Of a stretch of 64,000 bases of DNA, positions 31,642 to 41,761 are shown in pieces. Both the position numbers and the translations under genes were made by a program. The notes under the pieces were generated by a model. It saw only the letters and a program-made list of their open reading frames with translations, did no database searches and was not told where the DNA came from. This DNA is from Escherichia coli (GTDB lineage Bacteria; Pseudomonadota; Gammaproteobacteria; Enterobacterales; Enterobacteriaceae), in assembly GCF_044324875.1 (NCBI RefSeq), contig NZ_CP172185.1, one strand, 5' to 3'. Within the stretch, counting starts at the first letter, position 1. Each line of letters begins with the position of its first letter.

Positions 31642-33777
31642 TTATTCGATAAGGCTTTCTGAAGGGGTGATCAGTTGCGGGTTCAGGCAGCTTTCATAAT
31701 AGGCCTGAATCTTCATCATGCGAGTACGATGACGCTGGTAACGACGCCAGGCCTGTACGCCATTATAAATGGCGCTACCCAGCATCGTCAGTAGCAGCAG
31801 TGTGGTGCTGAGATAGCGCCACAGGCCGGAACGATCCGGGATCGGATGAAGGCCTATATGCTGCGTACCATTGGCGTCAGTGAAGATTTTTGTGACGATA
31901 CCTTCGGCGTTAAACGGCGTATGCATCAGCATTTGTGCCAGTTTCTGGAAAGCGTTCCACTGTTCTTGCGGCGGGTAGTCGTAAAGTGATGCCGAAGGCC
32001 AGGGCTGATCAACAAAATCGCTGCCTTCGTCGCTGACAATCAGGAATCCACCGGGAGCCGGACTGTTTAGTGATTGTGCCGCTCGCGCCGTTTCATGCGT
32101 GATAAACGGCGCGGTGGAGGTTGCCACCAGGTTATCCAGTGATTCCGCACTCACCGGGCGTAATAACACATTCACGCCATCGAGTTTCCCGGCGTTGGCG
32201 CGTTTTACCAGCGCGTCCCAGTCTTTACTGTTGCCGAGATTGACCAGCGCATTTTTCAGTCGCACACAGTCATCTTTGGCATAACACAGATCCGCTGTCT
32301 TCAGTACTATGTCGCCAAAATCATCAAGCAATACCATGCCGGATTTTTGAATTGCTGAACGTAATGAGGCGCTGACGCGAGATTCATCTTCCGGTTTAGG
32401 GTGCAGCTGGCGATTAACTGCTTCGGTCAATGCCGTCGCTTTGTTGACCAATTCAGATTCTGGTAATGGCAATGAGCGGGCGTCATTCCAGATGATCTGC
32501 GAGCAGTCAAACGGTAAAAAAGGTGAGTTGGTTTTCGCGCTCCAGGTACCGGAAGTGCGAATATTACACATTCCCGTACCGCTAATACGCAATGTATCGC
32601 CAACCCGCACGCCAGCGTCAGCCAGTTGTTTCACGCTGGTGGCTTCAATGGTCTGCGCGCCTTTCATCCACGAGAGGGTGAATTTCAGCGGCATATCCAG
32701 CGGGATCCAGAATAACAGCATAAACAGCACCAGTAGCGAGCCCGCAGCGATAATCGTACTGCGCAGCCAGTGCTGTAACGGAAAGTTTTTTACTTCATCA
32801 TGGAGCGAAAGATATCGCCCCTGACGCACTACGTGGCGGTCGAGATAGATATCGATATCGGTTTGTTGACCGAGATCCTGAGCAATGTATGGCTGCCAGT
32901 GTGCGGGGTAGACCAGGTCGATAATACCGAGTGAAATATTGTTGATCTGTTCCTGATCGTTTTCGCCAAACAATCCCCAACGACGGGGTGTACCGCGCAG
33001 ACAATGAATTTCCCGCAGGGAGGATTTTGCCGGGGGCGCGAATAGCCCCCACAGACCTGCGCCCAGCAGCAGTAACGCGCCGCCTGCCAGCCACGGAACA
33101 AATACATCCGGGGTAATCAGGCAGAAAAAGAACATTAGGAATGAGGCGACAATCAGCAACGCTTCACGCAGCCCGCGCGGACGACTTAGCGCATACTCTT
33201 CGTGCGTTTCTTTGCGAATATTGAGTAGCTCGATTTGCTCACTCTCTTCCCCGCGAATCGACGCCTGTGTTGACGGAACAGGTTGCAAGGCATAGCCGCG
33301 AGTTTCCTGCATGTACTCCTGCAGCGTATGACCGTTGAGTGAAATAACCAGCGGCAGCGAATCGGTATGAATCAGTTCAACGGTATTCTCATCGTTGATG
33401 TACTGCTCCCAGAAAGGGGGCAGGTGGACTTCTACCGAATCGAGGTAGTAACGCCATTTATTCGGATCGTCGGTAGAGATGCCGTAACGCGTGATAGCGT
33501 GTGTCAGCATCATGACGTTGTTGCTTTCGGCATTCAGCGCCAGAGAGATCGGTGCCGCGCTGGCTCCCGTTGGGCCAGGCACCTGTAATACCTGCGTCAG
33601 GCTCTCAAGATAATTTTCAACGGCGCTATGTTCTTCAGGTGTGAGTTTACGCGTTTGCGCATCCGCGAAGGCGTTGGTCCAGGGCAGCTGACGCCGTCTG
33701 GATCGCACTTTTATCAGCCATCCCGCAAGTAGTGAGCAGGCCAGCAAAGCAGCTAAAAAAATCACAATGGTGCTCAT
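31642..33777 (-). CDS. igaA: inner-membrane attenuator of the Rcs phosphorelay IgaA
   Basis: 711-aa ORF recognised as YrfF/IgaA. Confidence 0.9.
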   Translation of the reverse strand: MSTIVIFLAALLACSLLAGWLIKVRSRRRQLPWTNAFADAQTRKLTPEEHSAVENYLESLTQVLQVPGPTGASAAPISLALNAESNNVMMLTHAITRYGISTDDPNKWRYYLDSVEVHLPPFWEQYINDENTVELIHTDSLPLVISLNGHTLQEYMQETRGYALQPVPSTQASIRGEESEQIELLNIRKETHEEYALSRPRGLREALLIVASFLMFFFCLITPDVFVPWLAGGALLLLGAGLWGLFAPPAKSSLREIHCLRGTPRRWGLFGENDQEQINNISLGIIDLVYPAHWQPYIAQDLGQQTDIDIYLDRHVVRQGRYLSLHDEVKNFPLQHWLRSTIIAAGSLLVLFMLLFWIPLDMPLKFTLSWMKGAQTIEATSVKQLADAGVRVGDTLRISGTGMCNIRTSGTWSAKTNSPFLPFDCSQIIWNDARSLPLPESELVNKATALTEAVNRQLHPKPEDESRVSASLRSAIQKSGMVLLDDFGDIVLKTADLCYAKDDCVRLKNALVNLGNSKDWDALVKRANAGKLDGVNVLLRPVSAESLDNLVATSTAPFITHETARAAQSLNSPAPGGFLIVSDEGSDFVDQPWPSASLYDYPPQEQWNAFQKLAQMLMHTPFNAEGIVTKIFTDANGTQHIGLHPIPDRSGLWRYLSTTLLLLTMLGSAIYNGVQAWRRYQRHRTRMMKIQAYYESCLNPQLITPSESLIE

Positions 33778-34096
33778 GCTTTCCCCATCTTACTTAGTCT
33801 GTCAGGCGTGGTCAGTCGCACCGGACACAAAACATGATTCTGCGGTTGGCTATCGGCAAGCGTGGAGTTTAACTTGAGCATCATTAAGCACATCACAGTA
33901 ACCGCTGATCATAGCAAACCCTCTGAAGGCGGAATATCAGCAAATTCCTGGAGTTATTTCAACCTATTGACTTTTAATTTGATTTGAGGACGATTATTTA
34001 TTAAGTTACATAAATGTAAATAACATGCAATTCACATTGCCGAAAGCGTGTCCTATATCGCACAATAACCGCTGATTTCACAGCATAGATCCCACG

Positions 34097-34657
34097 ATGA
34101 GCAAATCATTACAAAAACCCACCATTCTGAATGTTGAAACTGTAGCCCGTTCCCGACTGTTTACCGTCGAAAGCGTGGATCTGGAGTTCAGCAATGGCGT
34201 GCGGCGTGTTTATGAACGAATGCGTCCAACCAACCGGGAAGCAGTGATGATTGTGCCGATTGTGGACGATCACCTGATCCTGATCCGCGAATACGCAGTG
34301 GGAACTGAATCCTACGAATTAGGTTTTTCGAAAGGATTAATTGATCCGGGTGAAAGCGTCTTCGAAGCCGCGAACCGCGAGCTAAAAGAAGAGGTGGGAT
34401 TTGGTGCGAACGATCTGACTTTTTTGAAGAAGCTCAGCATGGCACCGTCTTACTTTTCCAGCAAAATGAATATCGTGGTAGCGCAAGATCTCTACCCGGA
34501 ATCGCTGGAAGGCGATGAGCCAGAGCCGCTACCACAGGTGCGCTGGCCGCTGGCGCATATGATGGATTTGCTGGAAGACCCTGACTTCAACGAAGCGCGT
34601 AATGTCAGCGCGCTGTTCCTCGTGCGCGAATGGTTGAAAGGGCAGGGGCGGTTGTAA
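34097..34657 (+). CDS. nudE: ADP-sugar/nucleoside diphosphate hydrolase NudE
   Basis: 186-aa ORF; Nudix box GLIDPGESVFEAANRELKEEVG. Confidence 0.9.
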   Translation: MSKSLQKPTILNVETVARSRLFTVESVDLEFSNGVRRVYERMRPTNREAVMIVPIVDDHLILIREYAVGTESYELGFSKGLIDPGESVFEAANRELKEEVGFGANDLTFLKKLSMAPSYFSSKMNIVVAQDLYPESLEGDEPEPLPQVRWPLAHMMDLLEDPDFNEARNVSALFLVREWLKGQGRL

Positions 34658-34670
34658 ATGCGTGAAGTTT

Positions 34671-34696
34671 GCCTGATGCATAATGCTTATCAGGCC
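34671..34696. repeat. REP-like palindromic unit downstream of nudE
   Basis: gcctgatgcataatgcttatcaggcc. Confidence 0.5.
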
Positions 34697-34798
34697 TGTG
34701 CGGCTCCTGCAATATATTGATTTTTCTAGATGTTGCTAGACGGGTAAAGTGTTCACGCCGTATCCGGTATAAACAAAGTGCACTTTGTCAGCAAACTT

Positions 34799-34822
34799 AA
34801 AAAGGCGCTGAAGCGCCTTTTT
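34799..34822. terminator. bidirectional rho-independent terminator between nudE and mrcA
   Basis: aaaaaggcgc-tgaa-gcgccttttt. Confidence 0.6.
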
Positions 34823-34824
34823 AA

Positions 34825-37377
34825 TCAGAACAATTCCTGTGCCTCGCCATTATCGATAATGGTCGTTCCCACCTCGTGCACCGCCTGTTGTGTCGGCTGC
34901 GTACCTTCGATGAAATACTCTTCGCGGCTGTTGCCACCATTAGCTAACTGCCCGGTGCTGCGATCGATATTCACCGTCACAATACCCGGCGGCGGCGTCA
35001 GCGGCTGCTCCGGCACACCTTCAAGAACGGCTTTCATATAAGCGTCCCATGCAGGCTGGGCACTCTTGGCACCGCCTTCGTAACCTGAGATCTGATCTTT
35101 AATCGCTCCGGAAGCCGTTGTATGACCGAGATTACGACGGTGATCATCAAAGCCAATCCAGACCGAGGTCACAACGCCCGGACCGTAACCCGAAAACCAC
35201 GCATCTTTCGAACTGTTAGTGGTACCGGTTTTCCCGCCGATATCGCGACGCTGCAAATCACGACCTGCACGCCAGCCGGTACCCTGCCAGCCTGGCTCAC
35301 CAAAGATATTGGTGTTCAAAGCACTCTTAATCAGGAATGCCAGCGGAGTGTTGATGACGTGCGGTGCGTACTCCTGCGCGCCAGTCTTCGCCACTAACGC
35401 CTGATTTGCCTGCTCCAGCTGCGGCATTGGCACAGAAACATTCTGCTGCTCGCGGGAGATAGCGACATCTTCAACATCGTTATTTTCCAGCACGTTCGAT
35501 TTCTGCGTATCACCGTAAATTACCGGAATATCGCATTCCGGGCAGGCTACTTTCGGTTTCGCTTCGAAAATCACGCCGCCCTGATCGTTTTCAATTTTGC
35601 TGATAAACCACGGGTCCACCAGGAAGCCGCCGTTCGCCATGACCGCGTAGCCGCGCGCCACCTGCATTGGGGTGAATGACGCTGAACCCAGCGCCAGCGA
35701 TTCGGTGTGGACAATGTTTTGCGCCGGGAAGCCGAAGCGTTGCAGATATTCTGCAGCGTAGTCGACGCCCATCGCCCGCATTGCGCGTACCATCACCACG
35801 TTTTTCGACTGGCCCAGTCCCTGACGTAAGCGAATTGGACCAGCATATTGTGGCGGCGAGTTTTTCGGCTGCCAGTCAGAACCGGCACCTGCGTCCCAGC
35901 GAGAAATTGGCACATCGTTCAACATACTTGCCAGCGTCAGACCTTTATCCATCGCCGCGGTGTAGAGGAACGGTTTGATGTTGGAACCCACCTGACGCAG
36001 TGCCTGGGTGGCGCGGTTAAACTTGCTCTGATTGAAATCAAAGCCACCGACCAGCGCCATAACGGCACCGTTTTGCGGATTGATCGACACCAGCGCCGAG
36101 TTCACTTCCGGCACTTGTGCCAGCCACCAAGCATCGCCAACCTGACGAACCCAGATTTGCTGACCCGTTTGCAGAACATCGGTCACTTTACGCGGCGTCG
36201 GTCCCTGCTGAGTATCCGAACGGTAAGGACGCGCCCAGCGAACGCCTTCCATACTCAATGCGACGGTCGACCCGTCCGCCAGCATCGCCGTCGCTTCCTG
36301 AGGATTGGCGCTGGTGACTGCGGCAGGTAGCAGAGGACCATAGGTCGGCAGCGCCTTCAACGTATCGGTAATCTTGTTGTTATCCCACGCCGACTCGCCC
36401 ACTTTCCACAGCACATTTGCCGGGCCGCGATAGCCGTGGCGCATGTCGTAGTCCAGCACGTTATTACGTACCGCCTGCTGTGCGGCCTGCTGCACTTTGC
36501 GGGTGATGGTGGTGTAAATGCGATAACCGTCTTCATAGGCACTTTCGCCATAACGGTTATACATCTCCTGGCGCACCATTTCGCTCAGGTACGGCGCAGA
36601 GAAAGCAATCTCCGGCGCGTGATAGTTAGCGTTAATCGCCTCAGTGCGTGTCTGATCGAACTGTTGCTGGGTGATATACCCTTCATCCAGCATCCGCGAC
36701 AGTACGACGTTACGCCGCGCGACGGCACGATCCATTGAGTAGAGCGGATTAAAGGTGGAAGGCGCTTTCGGCAGCCCGGCTATCACCGCCATTTCGTTCA
36801 GCGTCAGTTGGTCGACCGTTTTACCGAAATAGACTTGTGCCGCAGCACCGACACCATAGGCGCGGTAACCGAGGTAAATCTTGTTCAGATAAAGCTCGAG
36901 GATCTCGTCTTTCGTCAGCAATTGTTCAATGCGAATCGCGAGGAAGACTTCCTTAATCTTACGCATCAGCGTGCGTTCTGGACTGAGGAAGAAGTTTCTC
37001 GCCAGCTGCTGGGTAATGGTACTCGCCCCTTGTGACGCGTGGCCGGAGAACAGCGCCACACTTGCCGCACGGAAGATCCCCACCGGGTCAACGCCGTGAT
37101 GCTCGTAGAAGCGGCTGTCTTCCGTCGCGATAAAGGCTTTCACCATCTCCGGCGGGATTTGATCCAACGTAACCGGAATACGACGTTTCTCACCGTATTG
37201 AGCGATCAGCTCGCCATCGGCGCTGTAAATCTGCATCGGAATTTGCAGGCGAACATCTTTTAATGTCGCCACATCCGGCAGTTGTGGCTCGATGTAGCGG
37301 TATAGGCCATAAATCGAGCCTGCTCCCAGCAGAATGCAACAGACTGCAAGGATCAAAAAATACTTTACGAACTTCAC
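34825..37377 (-). CDS. mrcA: penicillin-binding protein 1A (bifunctional transglycosylase/transpeptidase)
   Basis: Frame 34825-37401; start assigned to GTG at 37377 (VKFVKYFLILAV) giving 850 aa. Confidence 0.9.
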   Translation of the reverse strand: MKFVKYFLILAVCCILLGAGSIYGLYRYIEPQLPDVATLKDVRLQIPMQIYSADGELIAQYGEKRRIPVTLDQIPPEMVKAFIATEDSRFYEHHGVDPVGIFRAASVALFSGHASQGASTITQQLARNFFLSPERTLMRKIKEVFLAIRIEQLLTKDEILELYLNKIYLGYRAYGVGAAAQVYFGKTVDQLTLNEMAVIAGLPKAPSTFNPLYSMDRAVARRNVVLSRMLDEGYITQQQFDQTRTEAINANYHAPEIAFSAPYLSEMVRQEMYNRYGESAYEDGYRIYTTITRKVQQAAQQAVRNNVLDYDMRHGYRGPANVLWKVGESAWDNNKITDTLKALPTYGPLLPAAVTSANPQEATAMLADGSTVALSMEGVRWARPYRSDTQQGPTPRKVTDVLQTGQQIWVRQVGDAWWLAQVPEVNSALVSINPQNGAVMALVGGFDFNQSKFNRATQALRQVGSNIKPFLYTAAMDKGLTLASMLNDVPISRWDAGAGSDWQPKNSPPQYAGPIRLRQGLGQSKNVVMVRAMRAMGVDYAAEYLQRFGFPAQNIVHTESLALGSASFTPMQVARGYAVMANGGFLVDPWFISKIENDQGGVIFEAKPKVACPECDIPVIYGDTQKSNVLENNDVEDVAISREQQNVSVPMPQLEQANQALVAKTGAQEYAPHVINTPLAFLIKSALNTNIFGEPGWQGTGWRAGRDLQRRDIGGKTGTTNSSKDAWFSGYGPGVVTSVWIGFDDHRRNLGHTTASGAIKDQISGYEGGAKSAQPAWDAYMKAVLEGVPEQPLTPPPGIVTVNIDRSTGQLANGGNSREEYFIEGTQPTQQAVHEVGTTIIDNGEAQELF

Positions 37378-37496
37378 TGGAAATTTCCCATTTAGTTTCA
37401 TTTGGGCAGTTTATAAACAAACGCGCGGTAGTATAAAGGCAAGCCAGACGCATTGATATACCCGTCAGAGTGACGGGTGATAAGGAGATCATCACA

Positions 37497-38276
37497 ATGG
37501 CATTTAAGATCTGGCAAATTGGTTTGCATTTACAACAGCAAGAAGCGGTAGCGGTTGCTATCGTGCGGGGCACAAAAGAATGTTTTTTGCAACGCTGGTG
37601 GCGGTTGCCGCTGGAGAACGACATAATCAAAGATGGGCGGATTGTTGATGCGCAGCGGCTGGCTAACACGTTGTTACCGTGGAGTCGCGAACTGCCGCAG
37701 CGTCATCACATTATGTTGGCGTTTCCCGCCAGTCGCACATTACAGCGGTCATTTCCACGCCCGTCGATGTCCCTTGGTGAGCGGGAGCAAACGGCCTGGC
37801 TGTCCGGGACGATGGCCCGCGAGCTGGATATGGATCCGGACTCCCTGCGCTTCGATTACAGCGAAGACTCACTCAGTCCCGCCTATAACGTGACTACCGC
37901 GCAAAGCAAAGAGTTGGCAACGCTGCTTACTCTGGCAGAAAGGTTGCGTGTTCATGTTAGCGCGATCACCCCGGATGCCAGTGCATTACAGCGATTCCTG
38001 CCTTTTTTACCTTCTCATCAGCAATGTCTGGCCTGGCGTGATAACGAACAGTGGCTGTGGGCGACGCGCTATCGCTGGGGGCGCAAACTGGCGGTGGGGA
38101 TAACTAGCGCGAAGGAGCTGGCGGCAGCGTTATCCGTTGATCCCGAAAGCGTCGCGATATGTGGCGAAGGCGGATTTGATCCCTGGGAGGCCGTTTCTGT
38201 TCGTCAGCCGCCGCTACCGCCGCCAGGTGGAGACTTTGCCATCGCGCTGGGGCTGGCGCTTGGGAAGGCGTACTGA
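37497..38276 (+). CDS. hofM: PilM-like type IV pilus/DNA-utilisation assembly protein
   Basis: 259-aa frame from MAFKIWQIGLHL; first gene of five overlapping genes. Confidence 0.8.
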   Translation: MAFKIWQIGLHLQQQEAVAVAIVRGTKECFLQRWWRLPLENDIIKDGRIVDAQRLANTLLPWSRELPQRHHIMLAFPASRTLQRSFPRPSMSLGEREQTAWLSGTMARELDMDPDSLRFDYSEDSLSPAYNVTTAQSKELATLLTLAERLRVHVSAITPDASALQRFLPFLPSHQQCLAWRDNEQWLWATRYRWGRKLAVGITSAKELAAALSVDPESVAICGEGGFDPWEAVSVRQPPLPPPGGDFAIALGLALGKAY

Positions 38277-38815
38277 TGAACCCGCCAATTAATTTTTTGC
38301 CCTGGCGACAGCAACGCCGGACCGCTTTTCTTCGTTTCTGGTTGCTGATGTTCGTTGCGCCTCTGCTGCTGGCTGTCGGGATAACGCTAATACTGCGTCT
38401 GACAAGCAACGCCGAAGCACGCGTAGACACCGTTTTGCTTCAGGCGGAACAACAACTCGCCCGCAGCTTACAGATAACGAAACCACGTTTGCTGGAACGC
38501 CAGCAGTTACGCGAACAGCGTTTGCAAAGGCAGCTCCAGCGACAATTTACCCGTGACTGGCAATCTGCGCTGGAAGCACTGGCGGCGCTTTTACCCGAAC
38601 ACGCCTGGCTGACAACGATAAGCTGGCAGCAGGGAACGCTGGAGATCAAGGGGCTGACAACAAGCATTACCGCGTTAAACGCACTAGAAACGTCACTCCG
38701 CCAGGATGCTTCTTTTCATCTCAATCAGCGGGGGGCCACGCAGCAGGATACGCAGGGACGCTGGCAATTTGAGTATCAGTTAACAAGAAAGGTTAGCGAT
38801 GGACATGCTCTTTGA
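38276..38815 (+). CDS. hofN: PilN-like DNA-utilisation protein
   Basis: 179-aa ORF, ATGA overlap with hofM stop; single N-terminal TM helix. Confidence 0.8.
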   Translation: MNPPINFLPWRQQRRTAFLRFWLLMFVAPLLLAVGITLILRLTSNAEARVDTVLLQAEQQLARSLQITKPRLLERQQLREQRLQRQLQRQFTRDWQSALEALAALLPEHAWLTTISWQQGTLEIKGLTTSITALNALETSLRQDASFHLNQRGATQQDTQGRWQFEYQLTRKVSDGHAL

Positions 38816-39239
38816 CTGGTGGTTCGTCGCATCACCCCGCCTCCGCCAGCTTTGCTGGGCAGTCTGGTTGCTGGTGTTAGTTACGCTCATTTTTCTGTCA
38901 TCGACACACCAGGAAGAGAGCGACGCATTAATTCGACTACGGGCGAGTCATCACCAGCAGTGGGCCGCACTGTATCGCCTGGTAGACACCACTCCCTTCA
39001 GCGAGGAAAAAACGCTGCCCTTTTCGCCACTGGATTTTCAGTTATCCGGCACGCAACTGGTTTACTGGCATCCATCCGCGCAGGGAGGTGAGTTGGCGTT
39101 GAAAACGCTGTGGGAAGCAGTGCCATCGGCATTTACACGGCTGGCAGAGCGCAACGTCAGCGTGAGCCGTTTTTCGTTAAGCGTGGAAGGTGATGACCTT
39201 TTGTTCACGCTACAACTGGAGACGCCGCATGAGGGTTAA
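38799..39239 (+). CDS. hofO: PilO-like DNA-utilisation protein
   Basis: 146-aa ORF overlapping hofN. Confidence 0.8.
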   Translation: MDMLFDWWFVASPRLRQLCWAVWLLVLVTLIFLSSTHQEESDALIRLRASHHQQWAALYRLVDTTPFSEEKTLPFSPLDFQLSGTQLVYWHPSAQGGELALKTLWEAVPSAFTRLAERNVSVSRFSLSVEGDDLLFTLQLETPHEG

Positions 39240-39633
39240 ACGCTGGTTGTTGGCAGGTATTGCATTGTGCCTTTTAACCGGTATGCGTGACCCTTTTAAA
39301 CCGCCGGAAGATCTATGCCGGATTAGCGAACTTAGCCAGTGGCGCTATCAGGGGATAGTAGGGCGAGGCGAGCGCATCATCGGTGTAATAAAAGACGGGC
39401 AAAAGAAATGGCGACGGGTGCAGCAAAACGATGTGCTGGAAAACGGTTGGACAATTTTACAGCTGACGCCAGACGCACTAACGCTGGGAACCGGGACAAA
39501 CTGCGAACCGCCACACTGGTTGTGGCAACGGCAAGGAGATACAAATGAAGCAATGGATAGCCGCACTACTGTTGATGCTTATACCCGGCGTACAGGCGGC
39601 AAAGCCGCAAAAAGTGACGCTGATGGTGGATGA
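39229..39633 (+). CDS. hofP: PilP-like DNA-utilisation lipoprotein
   Basis: 134-aa frame from MRVKRWLLAGIALCLLTG (lipoprotein-like signal). Confidence 0.75.
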   Translation: MRVKRWLLAGIALCLLTGMRDPFKPPEDLCRISELSQWRYQGIVGRGERIIGVIKDGQKKWRRVQQNDVLENGWTILQLTPDALTLGTGTNCEPPHWLWQRQGDTNEAMDSRTTVDAYTRRTGGKAAKSDADGG

Positions 39634-40783
39634 CGTTCCGGTAGCTCAGGTGTTGCAGGCGCTGGCTGAACAGGAGAAGTTGAACCTGGTCGTGTCGCCA
39701 GACGTCAGCGGTACGGTGTCGTTACATCTAACAGATGTTCCCTGGAAGCAGGCACTACAAACTGTAGTAAAAAGCGCCGGACTGATAACGCGGCAGGAAG
39801 GCAACATTCTCTCGGTGCATTCCGTTGCCTGGCAGAATGACAATATCGCCCGTCAGGAGGCGGAGCAGGCGCGGGCGCAGGCAAATCTGCCGCTGGAAAA
39901 TCGCAATATTACTCTGCAATACGCCGACGCCGGAGAGCTGGCGAAAGCGGGGGAGAAGCTACTGAGTGCCAAAGGGAGTATGACCGTCGATAAACGCACC
40001 AATCGCCTTTTGCTGCGAGATAACAAAGCGGCGTTAAGCGCGCTTGAACAGTGGGTAGCGCAAATGGATCTGCCGGTCGGGCAGGTTGAGCTGTCGGCGC
40101 ATATTGTCACCATTAATGAAAAAAGTTTGCGTGAGTTAGGCGTGAAATGGACGTTGGCTGATGCGCAACAAGCTGGTGGCGTTGGGCAAGTCACCACGCT
40201 TGGCAGCGACCTCTCCGTAGCGACGGCGACAACGCATGTCGGTTTTAACATTGGACGCATCAACGGACGTTTACTGGATCTTGAGCTTTCCGCGCTCGAA
40301 CAAAAACAGCAGCTGGATATTATCGCCAGTCCGCGTCTGCTTGCCTCACATCTTCAGCCTGCCAGCATTAAACAGGGGAGCGAAATTCCATATCAGGTTT
40401 CCAGCGGGGAAAGTGGCGCGACGTCGGTGGAATTTAAAGAGGCCGTCCTGGGGATGGAAGTTACGCCCACGGTGTTACAAAAAGGTCGCATCCGGCTGAA
40501 ATTACACATCAGCCAGAACGTTCCGGGGCAGGTGCTACAGCAGGCCGATGGCGAAGTGTTGGCGATTGATAAGCAGGAGATCGAAACGCAGGTCGAGGTC
40601 AAAAGCGGAGAAACGTTGGCGCTGGGCGGCATTTTTACCCGTAAAAATAAATCGGGTCAGGATAGCGTACCGTTGCTTGGCGACATTCCCTGGTTCGGGC
40701 AATTATTTCGTCATGACGGAAAAGAAGATGAACGACGCGAGTTAGTGGTGTTTATCACGCCACGACTGGTTTCCAGTGAGTAA
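39545..40783 (+). CDS. hofQ: outer-membrane secretin (PilQ/ComE-like)
   Basis: 412-aa ORF with signal peptide and secretin C-terminal domain. Confidence 0.9.
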   Translation: MKQWIAALLLMLIPGVQAAKPQKVTLMVDDVPVAQVLQALAEQEKLNLVVSPDVSGTVSLHLTDVPWKQALQTVVKSAGLITRQEGNILSVHSVAWQNDNIARQEAEQARAQANLPLENRNITLQYADAGELAKAGEKLLSAKGSMTVDKRTNRLLLRDNKAALSALEQWVAQMDLPVGQVELSAHIVTINEKSLRELGVKWTLADAQQAGGVGQVTTLGSDLSVATATTHVGFNIGRINGRLLDLELSALEQKQQLDIIASPRLLASHLQPASIKQGSEIPYQVSSGESGATSVEFKEAVLGMEVTPTVLQKGRIRLKLHISQNVPGQVLQQADGEVLAIDKQEIETQVEVKSGETLALGGIFTRKNKSGQDSVPLLGDIPWFGQLFRHDGKEDERRELVVFITPRLVSSE

Positions 40784-41183
40784 ACAGCCGTAAAAGCGGT
40801 AATGTTTTTACGCTGAACATGTTTCATCTATTTGACGCGCGCAGGTATTTAGCATACAAGGAGTACCGATTTGAGAGTTGGTGCTCTTCGCTGCCTGCGT
40901 TCCATGATGATGATTTATCATTCAGGCGGCATTTTGCTGTCTTTTTTACGCTAATCTTACCCGGTGATTTATCGCCAGAGCGGTGGTAGCAAGGCAGCGC
41001 GCTTGCAGCGACCAGATATGCAGAGGGATGGGTGATTTATTCAGTTGCCAAACCCGCTGGAGTATTGAGATAATTTTCAGTCTGACTCTCGCAATATCTT
41101 ATGAGGTTTCAGTTCATGTCCTGCGGCGCTCTCTGAGCGAAGCGGGTTTATCATTAACGAATAGTCTTAGTAGTACCGAAAAA

Positions 41184-41705
41184 ATGGCAGAGAAACGCAA
41201 TATCTTTCTGGTTGGGCCTATGGGTGCCGGAAAAAGCACTATTGGGCGCCAGTTAGCTCAACAACTCAATATGGAATTTTACGATTCCGATCAAGAGATT
41301 GAGAAACGAACCGGAGCTGATGTGGGCTGGGTTTTCGATTTAGAAGGCGAAGAAGGCTTCCGCGATCGCGAAGAAAAGGTCATCAATGAGTTGACCGAGA
41401 AACAGGGTATTGTGCTGGCTACTGGCGGCGGCTCTGTGAAATCCCGCGAAACGCGTAACCGTCTTTCCGCACGTGGCGTTGTCGTTTATCTTGAAACGAC
41501 CATCGAAAAGCAACTTGCACGCACGCAGCGTGATAAAAAACGCCCGTTGCTGCACGTTGAAACACCGCCGCGTGAAGTTCTGGAAGCGTTGGCCAATGAA
41601 CGCAATCCGCTGTATGAAGAGATTGCCGACGTGACCATTCGTACTGATGATCAAAGCGCTAAAGTGGTCGCAAACCAGATTATTCACATGCTGGAAAGCA
41701 ACTAA
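41184..41705 (+). CDS. aroK: shikimate kinase I
   Basis: 173-aa frame from [21 protein letters not shown] (P-loop). Confidence 0.95.
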   Translation: MAEKRNIFLVGPMGAGKSTIGRQLAQQLNMEFYDSDQEIEKRTGADVGWVFDLEGEEGFRDREEKVINELTEKQGIVLATGGGSVKSRETRNRLSARGVVVYLETTIEKQLARTQRDKKRPLLHVETPPREVLEALANERNPLYEEIADVTIRTDDQSAKVVANQIIHMLESN

Positions 41706-41761
41706 TTCTGGCTTTATATACACTCGTCTGCGGGTACAGTAATTAAGGTGGATGTCGCGTT

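Noticed and set aside
34825-37401. ATG start of mrcA at 37401 (858 aa)
   Set aside because: The GTG at 37377 gives the 850-aa PBP1a N-terminus (VKFVKYFLILAV...) that I recognise; the upstream ATG adds 8 residues with no obvious RBS.
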